Both the position numbers and the translations under genes were made by a program. A DNA stretch of 64,000 bases. It comes from a virus (lineage: Duplodnaviria > Caudoviricetes). Each line of letters begins with the position of its first letter. The stretch's first letter is position 1. The notes beneath the pieces are model-generated. The model was given only the letters and a program-made list of their open reading frames with translations. It had not been told where the DNA came from and made no database searches. The stretch lies in IMG/VR virus record IMGVR_UViG_3300045391_006539. One strand, given 5' to 3'. Shown here one piece after another: positions 37,582 to 47,140 of this stretch.

Positions 37582-40318
37582 GTTCGAACGCGCCCTTTCC
37601 CGCAGTATTCCTCTCGGGGTCTCCGCTGGCTTCTTCCACCGCATCAAGACGGCGGGCTGGGGGGAACCACCGGATGAGACGGGCGCCCTCGAAGGCGCCT
37701 TTGCCGCGCCCATCGAGCAGGTCATCGCCAAGCTCACCGAAGTGGCGGCGGCGAAGTTCCAGCTGATGGTGGCCTACCATGTCTACGCCGAGAGCATGCG
37801 GGGCGTGGCGCAGCATGCCTGCGCCGAGGTCTTCCACGAGCACGCCGAGCAGGAGCGCGCGGCCGGTGAGGCTTACCTCAAACGCACGGCCGTGCTCGGC
37901 AGTGGCCCCGTCCACCTACCCGAGGTGACGACGCCGCCGGCGAGTGCAGACCCGGCGGGCATTCTCATGCTGCTCGCCCGCGCCGAGCAAGAGGCGATTG
38001 CCGCCCAGCGCGAGCTCAAGGCGCTCGTCGGGGAGGACAACCCCCTCTCGTTCCAAATCGAGCAATTCATGGTCGAGGACCAGCACCACCTCGACGAGTG
38101 CTGGCAGATGCTGCCGCAGGACGCCGTTCGTACGCCAGTCATCGACACGGCCCCTGCCGGTATGGTAGAGGCACCAAACGTCGAGGAGGAGACTCCGGCG
38201 CCTGTCGAGGCTCCCGCAGTGCCGAAGTCTCCGTCCAAGACTGCCGGCGCCCTCGCGAACATCGAGAAGACCGTCTTTGACGGCAAGCGTCTCGGAGCCA
38301 AGCCCTTCCAGTCCTTCAATGCTTTCGGCACGCCGAGCAAAGAGGTGCTGATGGCGCTACCGGCAGGTGGCGCAGCCGTGGGCGCGGGTCTAGGCTCGCT
38401 CAGGTCTCTCGTACAGAGCCCCGAAGACAAGGAGCAAGTCCTCGAAACGGGCGGCCCCGTCAGTCAGTTCAAGACTCGGCACCCCGTCATCGCGGGTGCT
38501 CTCGGCGGCGCAGCCCTCGGCGGCAGTGCTGCGCTCGCAGCCAAGGGCCTCATGCGTGGCCGCTCGCCACTCGACCCTACGGGTGGCGTGAAGCCGGCGA
38601 GCGTGCCGCATCTCGTGGGTGGTGCGGGTCTATTCGCAGCGCCATCGGCGGTGGGCATCGTCGACGAGGCACTCGCCCGGAAGCGGGACGAGGCGCTCGC
38701 CAAGAGCGCGAGCATTGCCGAGCTCGGGCGCAAGATGCGTCGTGGTCTGGGGCGCTACGGCGAGCTCGTCTCGGGGAGCAACGCACGGCGCATGGGTCGC
38801 GCGGCACAAAATGCGATGCTCGACGCGCAGCGGGTGGCTGGAAGGGGCGTCGACCAGGCAGCGCGCAGGGGCAAGCACCACGTGCGAACCCACGGCGAGG
38901 AAATCGTTGGTGAGTTCAAGCGTCGCATGGGCAAGGCGACCGAGCTCGGGGACGCGGCGGTCAAGGAGTACGACCTCTCGCGCAAGGTTCAAATCGGTAC
39001 GGGTGCCGGCGCCGTGGGCGCGCTCGGTACGGCCGCGGCCGCCAAGAACCGCTCGGACATGAAGAAAATCGAGCGCACGAATCAGCGGCTCAAGACCGCT
39101 TTCGTCGTCGCGCTCGAGAAGCTCGCCCTCGCTCCGAGCGAGCCTGGCTTTGGCAGCGACCCGTCGGCGGCGCCCATGCCCGGCAACGAGCCCTCGTTCG
39201 TGCCCCAGCCCAGCATGGAAGCCCCCGGTCCCCAGCCGCCCATGGCGCAGCCGCCGGGCACGGGGCAGTACGCTCCGGTCAACTATCTCGAGGCGGAGCT
39301 CACGGGGCGTCGCGTGCAGGAAGCCAACGAGGCCAACTTCTACCGCGCCAAGGCGGACGAGGCGAGCACGCAGGTCGCCAGTATGGGCGAGCAGGTGCAG
39401 TCCATTCAGGGTCAGCTCGACCAACTCTCGGCGCAGGCTGCCGAGAGCCAGTCGCAAATCATGGCCGCCAACGAGGAGGCCATGCGCGCGAACGACCAGA
39501 TGCTCAACCAGGCGACCCTCGCTGCGCGCATGCGCATGGGCATGCAACAGCTACGCGCCCAGATGATGGAAGTCGCGAGCCAAGACCCCGAGCAGCTGGC
39601 AGCGGCTGCCGGTGGCCCGACGCCGATGGACGTCGGACAACAAGCACAGATGGCGGGCGCTCCGGCGGCGGCCCCTGCGGGTTCTCCTGAGGGAGCGTCA
39701 GACCCGACGGGTGGCGCCGGCGGAGCGCCACCGGGTGCTCCGGCAGAGCCCGGTGCAGACCCGGGAACGCCAGCAGCCTCACCCGACCCGGGTGCACCCC
39801 CAGGCTCGCCGTCGGCGGGTGCGGGTGGCCCTCCAGGCGGTGGTGGCGGTGAGGGTGGCGAATCGCAGAAGAGCGACGGCGGTGAGTCGACCGACAAGAA
39901 GAAAGACACTGCCGAGACCACCGTGTCCATCAAGAAGGGCTCGGCGAAGACGGCCGGTCTCATGAACATGCCGAACATGGAGCAGGAGCTCCGGCACATG
40001 GCACCCTACGTTGCTGCTGGCGTGGGCCTCGGTGGGCTCGCGGGCGCGTACGAGGGCTATCACGAGGGGGACAAGGTTCCGAACCTGCAGAAGCGCGTGA
40101 GTGAGCTGCAGGGGACGTTCGGCAAGTCGCTCGAGCTCGCACAGACCCAGGTCGAGCTGGCGAAGGCGGAAGAGGCACGCGCCAACCCGGGCAAGAGCGC
40201 CCTGCGTGGGGGTCTTCGTGGTGCGGCCATCGGCATGACGGCGGGTGCCATCACTCCGCAGGCCATCGGCGGCGTGCGTGAGCTCGGCAAACACATCAAG
40301 CACCTGAGGGCAAACTAA
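37571..40318 (+). CDS. KxA-punctuated polyprotein: ferritin-like domain, glycine zippers, coiled coil, Pro/Gly linker
   Basis: Four-helix ferritin pattern (AYHVYA, FHEHAEQE, KRTAVLGS, AEQEAI, EDQHHLD) between IKTA and SKTA; later AKSA, LKTA, EKLA, AKTA. Confidence 0.7.
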   Translation: MMHEFERALSRSIPLGVSAGFFHRIKTAGWGEPPDETGALEGAFAAPIEQVIAKLTEVAAAKFQLMVAYHVYAESMRGVAQHACAEVFHEHAEQERAAGEAYLKRTAVLGSGPVHLPEVTTPPASADPAGILMLLARAEQEAIAAQRELKALVGEDNPLSFQIEQFMVEDQHHLDECWQMLPQDAVRTPVIDTAPAGMVEAPNVEEETPAPVEAPAVPKSPSKTAGALANIEKTVFDGKRLGAKPFQSFNAFGTPSKEVLMALPAGGAAVGAGLGSLRSLVQSPEDKEQVLETGGPVSQFKTRHPVIAGALGGAALGGSAALAAKGLMRGRSPLDPTGGVKPASVPHLVGGAGLFAAPSAVGIVDEALARKRDEALAKSASIAELGRKMRRGLGRYGELVSGSNARRMGRAAQNAMLDAQRVAGRGVDQAARRGKHHVRTHGEEIVGEFKRRMGKATELGDAAVKEYDLSRKVQIGTGAGAVGALGTAAAAKNRSDMKKIERTNQRLKTAFVVALEKLALAPSEPGFGSDPSAAPMPGNEPSFVPQPSMEAPGPQPPMAQPPGTGQYAPVNYLEAELTGRRVQEANEANFYRAKADEASTQVASMGEQVQSIQGQLDQLSAQAAESQSQIMAANEEAMRANDQMLNQATLAARMRMGMQQLRAQMMEVASQDPEQLAAAAGGPTPMDVGQQAQMAGAPAAAPAGSPEGASDPTGGAGGAPPGAPAEPGADPGTPAASPDPGAPPGSPSAGAGGPPGGGGGEGGESQKSDGGESTDKKKDTAETTVSIKKGSAKTAGLMNMPNMEQELRHMAPYVAAGVGLGGLAGAYEGYHEGDKVPNLQKRVSELQGTFGKSLELAQTQVELAKAEEARANPGKSALRGGLRGAAIGMTAGAITPQAIGGVRELGKHIKHLRAN

Positions 40319-41097
40319 TGCTGGACGCATTTCTGGAAGTCGCGTGTGGCCGTGAGAAGATGGCCGCGCAGAAGACCCGCAACATGGAGCTGCTCGGCAA
40401 GCTCCCGACCGAGACCCTGCAGAAGATTGCCTGCGGCGGACTCGGCGGGTACGGTGGAGAAGGCTGGCTCGAGAAGTTCCAGGGCAGTCCCTTGCTCGGA
40501 CAGGCCATCGCCATCGAGAAGGAAGAACTCGCCATCCAGATGGAGGAAAGTCAGCGGCGTGCTCGCGAGCGCGAGGTGCGAGAGAGCATGGGCTCGTGGG
40601 AAGACACGGCGGCCAAGCGCGACGAGCTCGCCGTCAAGCGACGTCTTTTGGAACTCGAGCTGGTGGGCGGACCCTCCGCTGTCAGCCCCGCGCCGGCTGT
40701 CGAGGAAGACCCGGGGCTCGAGCCCGAGCTCGCTGCTCCCGCCGAAGACCCGGCGGTCGATGTTGCCCCGAGTGAGGGGGCAGCAGCTCCGCCGAAGGGT
40801 CTACGCCCTCACTCCACGGAGGTGGGGAACGGTGGCGCAGACCCGGGTGCGGAGGTAGACACACCCGAGACCGACCCGAGTGAGGCGGCAGACCCACCGA
40901 AGCCCAAGCCCAAAGCCGAGGCCAAGGAGAAGACTGTCGAGAAGACCACCGAGAAGCCGGTGCCGGAGAAGATTGACGTCAAGACCTCTGAGAAGGAGGC
41001 GGCTGCGCGCTTCAAGTTCGCTGCGGCTCGCTTGCGCTTCTCTCAGGCCGTGAAGGAGGCGCAGCCCGCGAACGGGCAGCGTCCCTTTCACCGCTGA
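40318..41097 (+). CDS. Head-associated KxA protein; probable +1 frameshift extension
   Basis: MLDAFLEVACGREKMA, QKIA, EKEA, FKFA, VKEA; ends CCC TTT CAC CGC TGA. Confidence 0.7.
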   Translation: MLDAFLEVACGREKMAAQKTRNMELLGKLPTETLQKIACGGLGGYGGEGWLEKFQGSPLLGQAIAIEKEELAIQMEESQRRAREREVRESMGSWEDTAAKRDELAVKRRLLELELVGGPSAVSPAPAVEEDPGLEPELAAPAEDPAVDVAPSEGAAAPPKGLRPHSTEVGNGGADPGAEVDTPETDPSEAADPPKPKPKAEAKEKTVEKTTEKPVPEKIDVKTSEKEAAARFKFAAARLRFSQAVKEAQPANGQRPFHR

Positions 41098-41848
41098 GAA
41101 GACCGCCGGCGTCGCCGCTCCCGCCACGGGTCTCCGTCGGGGGCTGCAGCTCATCTCGGGCAGCCGTCTCGGGCAGCTCGAGCAGGCAGCGGCGCAGCGG
41201 GGCGCGGTGGCCGCGCGGCAGTCGGGTCTCGCCAACCACCACTACCGGGGCGCCTTCCACGCCGCCGACGAGGCGGCGAGCAGCCGCCTCTACCAGCGCT
41301 CGCTCACGAGTGCTCGGGGCTCGGCTCGGACCCATGGTGCCGCCGAGCGCGCCCAGCGCGCGCTCGGGGCGGAGCGGGCCGCAGTGCAGGGCGCTCGGGG
41401 TACGGCGCTTCGGGCTGCTGGCGCCGGGGCGCTCGGGGTGGGTGGAGGTGCGATGGGCATGAACGCCGCCGAGGGTGGCCCCAAGCTCGCGAGCCCCCTG
41501 ACGGCCACCGTGGCCTCGGGCAAGCGCCTGGTCTCGGGGGCGGTCGACGCCCTCGGGAGCACCATGGCAGCGGCTCCCAAGGCCATCTCGGGCGTCGTGC
41601 CCAAGGCGGTCGCCAGCGAGGCAGCGACCGCCGCGGGTAGCCGGCAGGCGGCGCGCGCCGTGGCGAACGAGCGTCGGGTGGCGCAGGCTGCTCGAGCAGC
41701 GGCACCCCCCGTGCCACCACCGGCCGCACCGGTGGCAGCCCCGGCCCTCGACCCGCGCGCTCGCGCACGGCGCATCATCGGCGGCGTGGGTCTCGGGGGT
41801 CTCGGTCTCGGCGCGGTCGCCGCCCACGGTCAACCCGAGGCACGCTGA
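41090..41848 (+). CDS. Ala/Arg/Gly-rich extension in the +1 frame (frameshift product candidate)
   Basis: Frame open from 41054; encodes AEKTA|GVAAPATGLRRGLQLISGSRL upstream of the first GTG (41207). Confidence 0.55.
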   Translation, partial: TAEKTAGVAAPATGLRRGLQLISGSRLGQLEQAAAQRGAVAARQSGLANHHYRGAFHAADEAASSRLYQRSLTSARGSARTHGAAERAQRALGAERAAVQGARGTALRAAGAGALGVGGGAMGMNAAEGGPKLASPLTATVASGKRLVSGAVDALGSTMAAAPKAISGVVPKAVASEAATAAGSRQAARAVANERRVAQAARAAAPPVPPPAAPVAAPALDPRARARRIIGGVGLGGLGLGAVAAHGQPEAR

Positions 41849-41851
41849 GAC

Positions 41852-42748
41852 GTGGCCATCGGCATCTCCGTCGACGACGTGGTCGTGCGTTCCCTGGACG
41901 TCGACCACTTCGAAGTCTCCTGGAAGCTCAAGCCGACGAGTCAGGACATTCTGGACTACACGTTCCAGGTCCTGCGCTCGGAGGCGGCGATGGGTCCCTT
42001 CGAAGCGGTCTCGGCGGAGATGGACGACCGGTTCTTCTTTGTCGACAACCGCATCGCCAGCGGCAACGACTTCCGGCAGTGGTTCTACACCATCCGGGTC
42101 AAGGACAAGCAGTCGGGCGACACCAAGGACTTCGGTCCCGTCTCGCCCGGTGCTGACGCAGACCTCATCGCCGCGGAGCTGCGCAAACACATCAACCTGC
42201 TGATGCAGGAGTTCATCGGGCGCAGGTGCTGGGTCTTCCCCGTACGCACCTTCGGTCAACGCTGCTCGTGCTGGAACCCGACGTTGCAGAAGCGCACGCG
42301 GAGCCACTGCCTCACTTGCTACGATACGGGCTTCGTGCGCGGCTATATGACGCCCATCGAAGTCTGGGCCAGCATCGACCCGGATACGAAGAACGAGCAG
42401 AACATGACGCTGGGTCCGACCCAGCAGAGCAACACCTCGGCGAAGCTCGGCTTCTTCCCACCCGTCAAACCGCGCGACGTCATCGTCGAGGCGGAGAACA
42501 TTCGCTGGCGCATCGTGACCGTGGGTGGGACCGAGCAGGTGCGTGCCCAAGTGCACCAGGAAATCACCCTGCACAAGATTCCCTCGACGGACATCGAGTA
42601 TCGACTACCACTCGACCCGGGCGGCGCGCTGCAGAACTTGTGGCTCTCGCCACCTCGGAACTTCAGCAACCCCCACAACTATGAGGGCTTCACGTCCGAG
42701 GACTACATCAACGCCCAGCGTCTATACACCTCGCGGTTCCCCCAGTGA
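41852..42748 (+). CDS. Putative neck/head-closure protein with FN3-like N-terminus and Zn motif
   Basis: VSWK..YTFQVLRS..FVD..YTIRV (FN3-like); CSCW...CLTCYDTGFVRGY. Confidence 0.55.
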   Translation: MAIGISVDDVVVRSLDVDHFEVSWKLKPTSQDILDYTFQVLRSEAAMGPFEAVSAEMDDRFFFVDNRIASGNDFRQWFYTIRVKDKQSGDTKDFGPVSPGADADLIAAELRKHINLLMQEFIGRRCWVFPVRTFGQRCSCWNPTLQKRTRSHCLTCYDTGFVRGYMTPIEVWASIDPDTKNEQNMTLGPTQQSNTSAKLGFFPPVKPRDVIVEAENIRWRIVTVGGTEQVRAQVHQEITLHKIPSTDIEYRLPLDPGGALQNLWLSPPRNFSNPHNYEGFTSEDYINAQRLYTSRFPQ

Positions 42749-43134
42749 TGGACAAGTTTTCGCACTGCCTCGACGTTCTCTCCAAACTGGCGGAGCTCGC
42801 GCCCGACCCCATCAAACCGTCGCCGCCAGACCCGCAGATGCCCCCGGGTCGAGCGCTCAGCCTCGCCAAGACGCTCGGCGTCGGGACACTCGGCCTCGGT
42901 GCCGGTTATCTGGCGGGTGCAGGTCTCGGCAAGGGCATCGAGTACGTGATGGGGCAGCAAGGTGAGAATCCGGCCAGTGCTGCACGCGTCATCGCGCCCG
43001 TGGCGGGCGCCGCCGCCGGTATCATCTATCCTCTCTGGAAGGAACGGGAGCAGCAGGTGCTCCGTCAGGCGGTAGAAAAACGACATGCCTACGAGAGTGC
43101 ACGAAACCAAAACAGGGGCAGGCTTCCCGGGTAG
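42745..43134 (+). CDS. Small glycine-zipper KxA protein
   Basis: SKLA, then GVGTLGLGAGYLAGAGLG and a second hydrophobic helix. Confidence 0.6.
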   Translation: MMDKFSHCLDVLSKLAELAPDPIKPSPPDPQMPPGRALSLAKTLGVGTLGLGAGYLAGAGLGKGIEYVMGQQGENPASAARVIAPVAGAAAGIIYPLWKEREQQVLRQAVEKRHAYESARNQNRGRLPG

Positions 43135-43975
43135 TAGTTTCAAGTACACCCCCCTGCAGCACGTGCGCGTGCTGTGCATCAGCTTCGTTCAGGGCCTCTT
43201 CGCCGAGGCCCCACCGGGTAACTACCGCTGGAGTCCCGATGACGAGCTCAGCGAAATCGTCATTCGTGACGAGAGTCCCATCCAAGTGCGGACCGTGGGT
43301 ATGCGCCCCGCCATCAACTTCACGATGGGTAAGGTCAGCTTCTACAGCCTGGGCATGGATGACATGTTCACCTACGACTTCGATATCGGTCGCAAGGTGA
43401 AGGTAGTCCTGATACCTGGCACGATGAACATCAATGTCTGCTCACGGGTAGACATCGAGGCGCACAATCTGGCATGGGTCGTCTCCGAGCATCTCTGGCT
43501 CTTGCGCGAGCTCTTGCTCAAGGCCGGCTTCTTCGAGATTGGTCGGGGCATCGACGTCTCTCCGCCTTCTCCCGCAGGTTCCATCGTCGCCAATGACTCG
43601 GGTGACGAGTGGTACTGCTCGTCTCTCACGCTGCCCTTCCAGTTCAATCGCAAGAGCGCCTTCACGCCACTCGGTGACAAGATTGCCGAAAGCATCGCAC
43701 TACGCGTGCGCAGTCAGCTCGGTCTCATCGAAGAGGGGCGGGGTGGACCCGCGCTCGCGGGTCACGAGTACCCCGTGAAGGTCTCGACGCAGTTCCCGCC
43801 TTCGTTCGCGCCTCAGGCGAGCGACGTCTACGGCAAGACACCCGACCCAGCGGGTACACGGAACTACCAACTGCCCGTTGCACCGCACCCGCTCAACCCG
43901 AGCAAGCTCGTCGTCATCGAGACCGTGCGTCCCTGGGCAGCGAGTGCTCCGCCTCGTGGTAGACGCATCGTGTAG
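43085..43975 (+). CDS. Putative tail completion/terminator protein
   Basis: 296 aa directly upstream of the sheath; RPAINF..G motif; call mostly by position. Confidence 0.45.
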   Translation: MPTRVHETKTGAGFPGSSFKYTPLQHVRVLCISFVQGLFAEAPPGNYRWSPDDELSEIVIRDESPIQVRTVGMRPAINFTMGKVSFYSLGMDDMFTYDFDIGRKVKVVLIPGTMNINVCSRVDIEAHNLAWVVSEHLWLLRELLLKAGFFEIGRGIDVSPPSPAGSIVANDSGDEWYCSSLTLPFQFNRKSAFTPLGDKIAESIALRVRSQLGLIEEGRGGPALAGHEYPVKVSTQFPPSFAPQASDVYGKTPDPAGTRNYQLPVAPHPLNPSKLVVIETVRPWAASAPPRGRRIV

Positions 43976-44057
43976 GAGAGGGGTGGTCTTCCCTTAATTC
44001 GAGGCTGCGTGGAAGGATTCCCCTCGACGACATGCACAGTCGAGAAGGAGCCGACCA

Positions 44058-47000
44058 ATGAGCGTCCAGCTTGCGCAGCCAGGGGTAGAAATCATCCAGG
44101 AGTTTCAGGCTGCGAGTCCCAGCATCATCACGCCGGCGCTCTTGCCCAACGTGGTCGGTGTCGCCAAGCAAGTCGTGGGACTCAATGTCTCCGACGGTGC
44201 GGGTGGTACGACGCTCAACCCGGACGCGCTACTCCAGCTGCCTGCGCAGTTCACGGCACTCGCCGGTAGCGGTAACCCCAAGGTCTACTCGGGACTCGAT
44301 GGTCTCGACCTGGTTTTCTCCGTCAACAACGGCGTCGACATCACAGTCACCTTTGCGGGCAGCAGTCTGTCCGTCGACGACGTGGTGGCACAGGTCAACG
44401 CGGAACTCACGAGCTCGGGTGTCTCGAGCGTCATCGCCGAGACCTTGGGTGATGAGGGCAACTGGACCCTGCGCACCATCGGTACTGGGTCTTTCCAGAC
44501 CATCGTCGTCAAGGCGACGAGCGATTCGGCGGTGCTCACGGCCTTTGGCATTGGCGCAGGCAAGACCTACGCGGGACTCACTGTCTACAACCAGTACGAA
44601 GTGGTGGTGCCGCCAGCGAGTCTGCCCGACCCGCGTGACAACCTGGCAGAGCTCGCCGTCGAGCAGGACAGCATCCGGGTCTTCTTCTCGCTCGGCGGGT
44701 CCGCGGGGGTGTATGAAGCACTGCGCACCGAGGCCTTCCTCAAAAATGGCGAGGTCAATGATGCGGCCGTCATCACGGGCAACGTCTCGCTCGCAGGCCT
44801 GACCCTGCCGGGTGACATTGGTACGGGCACGTTGATGATTTCGGTCGATGGCGGCGCGGCCCAGACCGTCACTTTCAGCAACCCAGCCAACCCCGCCGCC
44901 ATCGTCAGCCAGATTGCCGGGCAGCTCACGGGTGCGACTCCGTCCCAGTCGGGCAACTTCCTGCGTCTCACGACGACGAGTCTCGGCGCCGATGCCTCCG
45001 TGACCATCACGGGCGGCTCGGTCGCGAGTACGCTCGGTGTCTCGGGTCTGACCGATACGGGCGAGAGCATCCAAGCCATCGACGACGGTGATGGTGATTC
45101 GCTCACGAGTCTGCTCAAGTTCTCGGCCGAGAGTTTCACGGCGAGCGCCACGGCGGCGGTGGTGAGTGCCTTCACGGCAGCGACCAATCCTGCCGATGGT
45201 ACGACCCTCATCCTCTCCGATGGTGGGCAGCCACAGACCATCGTCTTCGACGGCGTCGCGGCCTTTGCCGATATCCTCGCCCAAATCAACGCGGTGGTGG
45301 GCACGGTGGCAGGCGGCAAAATCACGGCGAGCGACGCGGGTTCGAGCAAGCTGCGCCTCACGCACTCGGACACGGGCAGCGACTCGGTCATCAAGATTCT
45401 GGGTGGCACGGCACTGTCTGCGCTCGACCCGAGTACCCCGACGCTGGTGGTCGGCACCTACCGGGGTACGGCCAACGTGCCACTGCCGGGTGATGCGCTC
45501 TACATCGATGGCGCTTTCTACGCCAACATCACTCAGGTGGCCCCGGGTGCAGTCGCGACCAACCTGAAAATCGACAAGCTCGTGCCGGTGAGCACGGACG
45601 TCGGCCGCTACTACTACATCGTGGCCAAGGGTCTACCGACGGCGAACCGTCCCGACCCCAATCTGGTGGTGGACGCAAACGGCAACGTCATCCTCAAGCC
45701 GGAGCAGTTGCGCGACGTCAACGGCAACCCGACGTCCGTGACGGCGCCGATGTACTTGTCCTACTCGGCGGTGCGCAAGGACGTCTCGGCGAGTGCCAAC
45801 CAGCCGGGTCTACTGGTCTTCGACGACACGGCTCAGCTCGAGGAAGTGCTCTCGCCGGTAGACTCGACCAACCCGCTCGCGCTCGGTCTGTTCTTCGCCC
45901 TGCTCAACGCACCCGGCGCGCAGGTGACGGGCCTCGGCGTGGATGAAATCAGCGACGATGCGCCCTACGGCACGCTCGACGCTTTCAGCCGCGCCGCGGG
46001 GTTTCTCGAGGGCAAGGAGGTCTACGCCATTGCGCCGTTGACCCACGACCCCTCGGTGCACCAGGTCTTCAACACCCACGTCTCGGTGATGAGCTCGCCC
46101 TCGAACAAGGCCGAGCGCGTCGCCATCATCAACGTCCAGACTCCGACCACCAAGCCTCACACGTTGGTGGCGAGCGGTGTCGGTGACCGTGCGAGCTCGA
46201 CTACGTTCGACACGGGTATCTCGAACCTGACGGCGCTGGTCTTGAACCAAGGCATCACGCCGACCGGCACCATCCCCGCCGATGAAGGTCTGTTCCTCGA
46301 CCTCGCGAGTGATGGCAACCGCTACTCCATCGAGAGCATCAGTGGTGACTCTGTCACCCTGCGCACGAGCTTCGACGCGGGCGAGAACGACGACGGGTTC
46401 TACACCGCTGCAAACCTCGCCTCGACCGTGGTGCAGACCGCCTTCACGGTCAGCGTCCGGGGTGCAGACCTCACCATCGCTGGACTGCCCGACCTCAATG
46501 GCATTGCCGACACGATTGCCACGACGGGTCGCGGCTATGGCAACCGCCGATTGTGGATGACGTTCCCCGACCAGGTGGGTGCGACCGTCAACGGGCTCGA
46601 GAGTCTGCTGCCGGGTTTCTACGCCTCGGCCGCCATCGCGGGCATGGTCGGGCAGCAGCCGCCGCAGCAGGGCTTCACGCGCTTCCCGATGGCTGGCTTC
46701 ACGCGTGTGGTGGGCAGCAACGACCGCTTCAGCACGACGCAGCTCAACGTGATGGCAGGTGGCGGCGCCTACATCCTCGTCCAGGAAGCCCCAGGCGCAC
46801 CCATCATCAGCCGCTTCGCCATCACGACGGACCTCACGTCCATCGAGGTGCGGGAGACCAGCATCACCCGCATCCTGGACTTCACGGCGAAGTTCTTGCG
46901 GCGCTCGCTGCTCAACTTCATCGGGCGCTTCAACATCACCCAGGGCTTCCTCGACACCCTCGGCAACGTCATCGAGGGTCTCGGCCAGTTCCTCATCGAG

Positions 47001-47132
47001 ACGGGCGTCCTGCTCGGCTTCAACCTGAACCAGATTCAGCAGGACAAGGACGCGCCGGACACGGTGCTCATCGATGTCACGGTCGAGGTGCCCTACCCCT
47101 GCAACTTCATCCGCCTGACGCTGGTCATCTGA
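44058..47132 (+). CDS. Tail sheath protein
   Basis: 1024 aa; N-terminal QPGVEIIQE; C-terminal sheath domain (TTDLTSIEVRETSITRILDF...FIGRFN...VPYPCNFIRLTL). Confidence 0.85.
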   Translation: MSVQLAQPGVEIIQEFQAASPSIITPALLPNVVGVAKQVVGLNVSDGAGGTTLNPDALLQLPAQFTALAGSGNPKVYSGLDGLDLVFSVNNGVDITVTFAGSSLSVDDVVAQVNAELTSSGVSSVIAETLGDEGNWTLRTIGTGSFQTIVVKATSDSAVLTAFGIGAGKTYAGLTVYNQYEVVVPPASLPDPRDNLAELAVEQDSIRVFFSLGGSAGVYEALRTEAFLKNGEVNDAAVITGNVSLAGLTLPGDIGTGTLMISVDGGAAQTVTFSNPANPAAIVSQIAGQLTGATPSQSGNFLRLTTTSLGADASVTITGGSVASTLGVSGLTDTGESIQAIDDGDGDSLTSLLKFSAESFTASATAAVVSAFTAATNPADGTTLILSDGGQPQTIVFDGVAAFADILAQINAVVGTVAGGKITASDAGSSKLRLTHSDTGSDSVIKILGGTALSALDPSTPTLVVGTYRGTANVPLPGDALYIDGAFYANITQVAPGAVATNLKIDKLVPVSTDVGRYYYIVAKGLPTANRPDPNLVVDANGNVILKPEQLRDVNGNPTSVTAPMYLSYSAVRKDVSASANQPGLLVFDDTAQLEEVLSPVDSTNPLALGLFFALLNAPGAQVTGLGVDEISDDAPYGTLDAFSRAAGFLEGKEVYAIAPLTHDPSVHQVFNTHVSVMSSPSNKAERVAIINVQTPTTKPHTLVASGVGDRASSTTFDTGISNLTALVLNQGITPTGTIPADEGLFLDLASDGNRYSIESISGDSVTLRTSFDAGENDDGFYTAANLASTVVQTAFTVSVRGADLTIAGLPDLNGIADTIATTGRGYGNRRLWMTFPDQVGATVNGLESLLPGFYASAAIAGMVGQQPPQQGFTRFPMAGFTRVVGSNDRFSTTQLNVMAGGGAYILVQEAPGAPIISRFAITTDLTSIEVRETSITRILDFTAKFLRRSLLNFIGRFNITQGFLDTLGNVIEGLGQFLIETGVLLGFNLNQIQQDKDAPDTVLIDVTVEVPYPCNFIRLTLVI

Positions 47133-47140
47133 GGTCTTCG

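Noticed and set aside
46553-47140. 5' extensions of track ORFs (46553, 28049, 57893, 59414, 60295)
   Set aside because: They overlap well-supported upstream genes in another frame; downstream ATGs adjacent to upstream stops were used instead.
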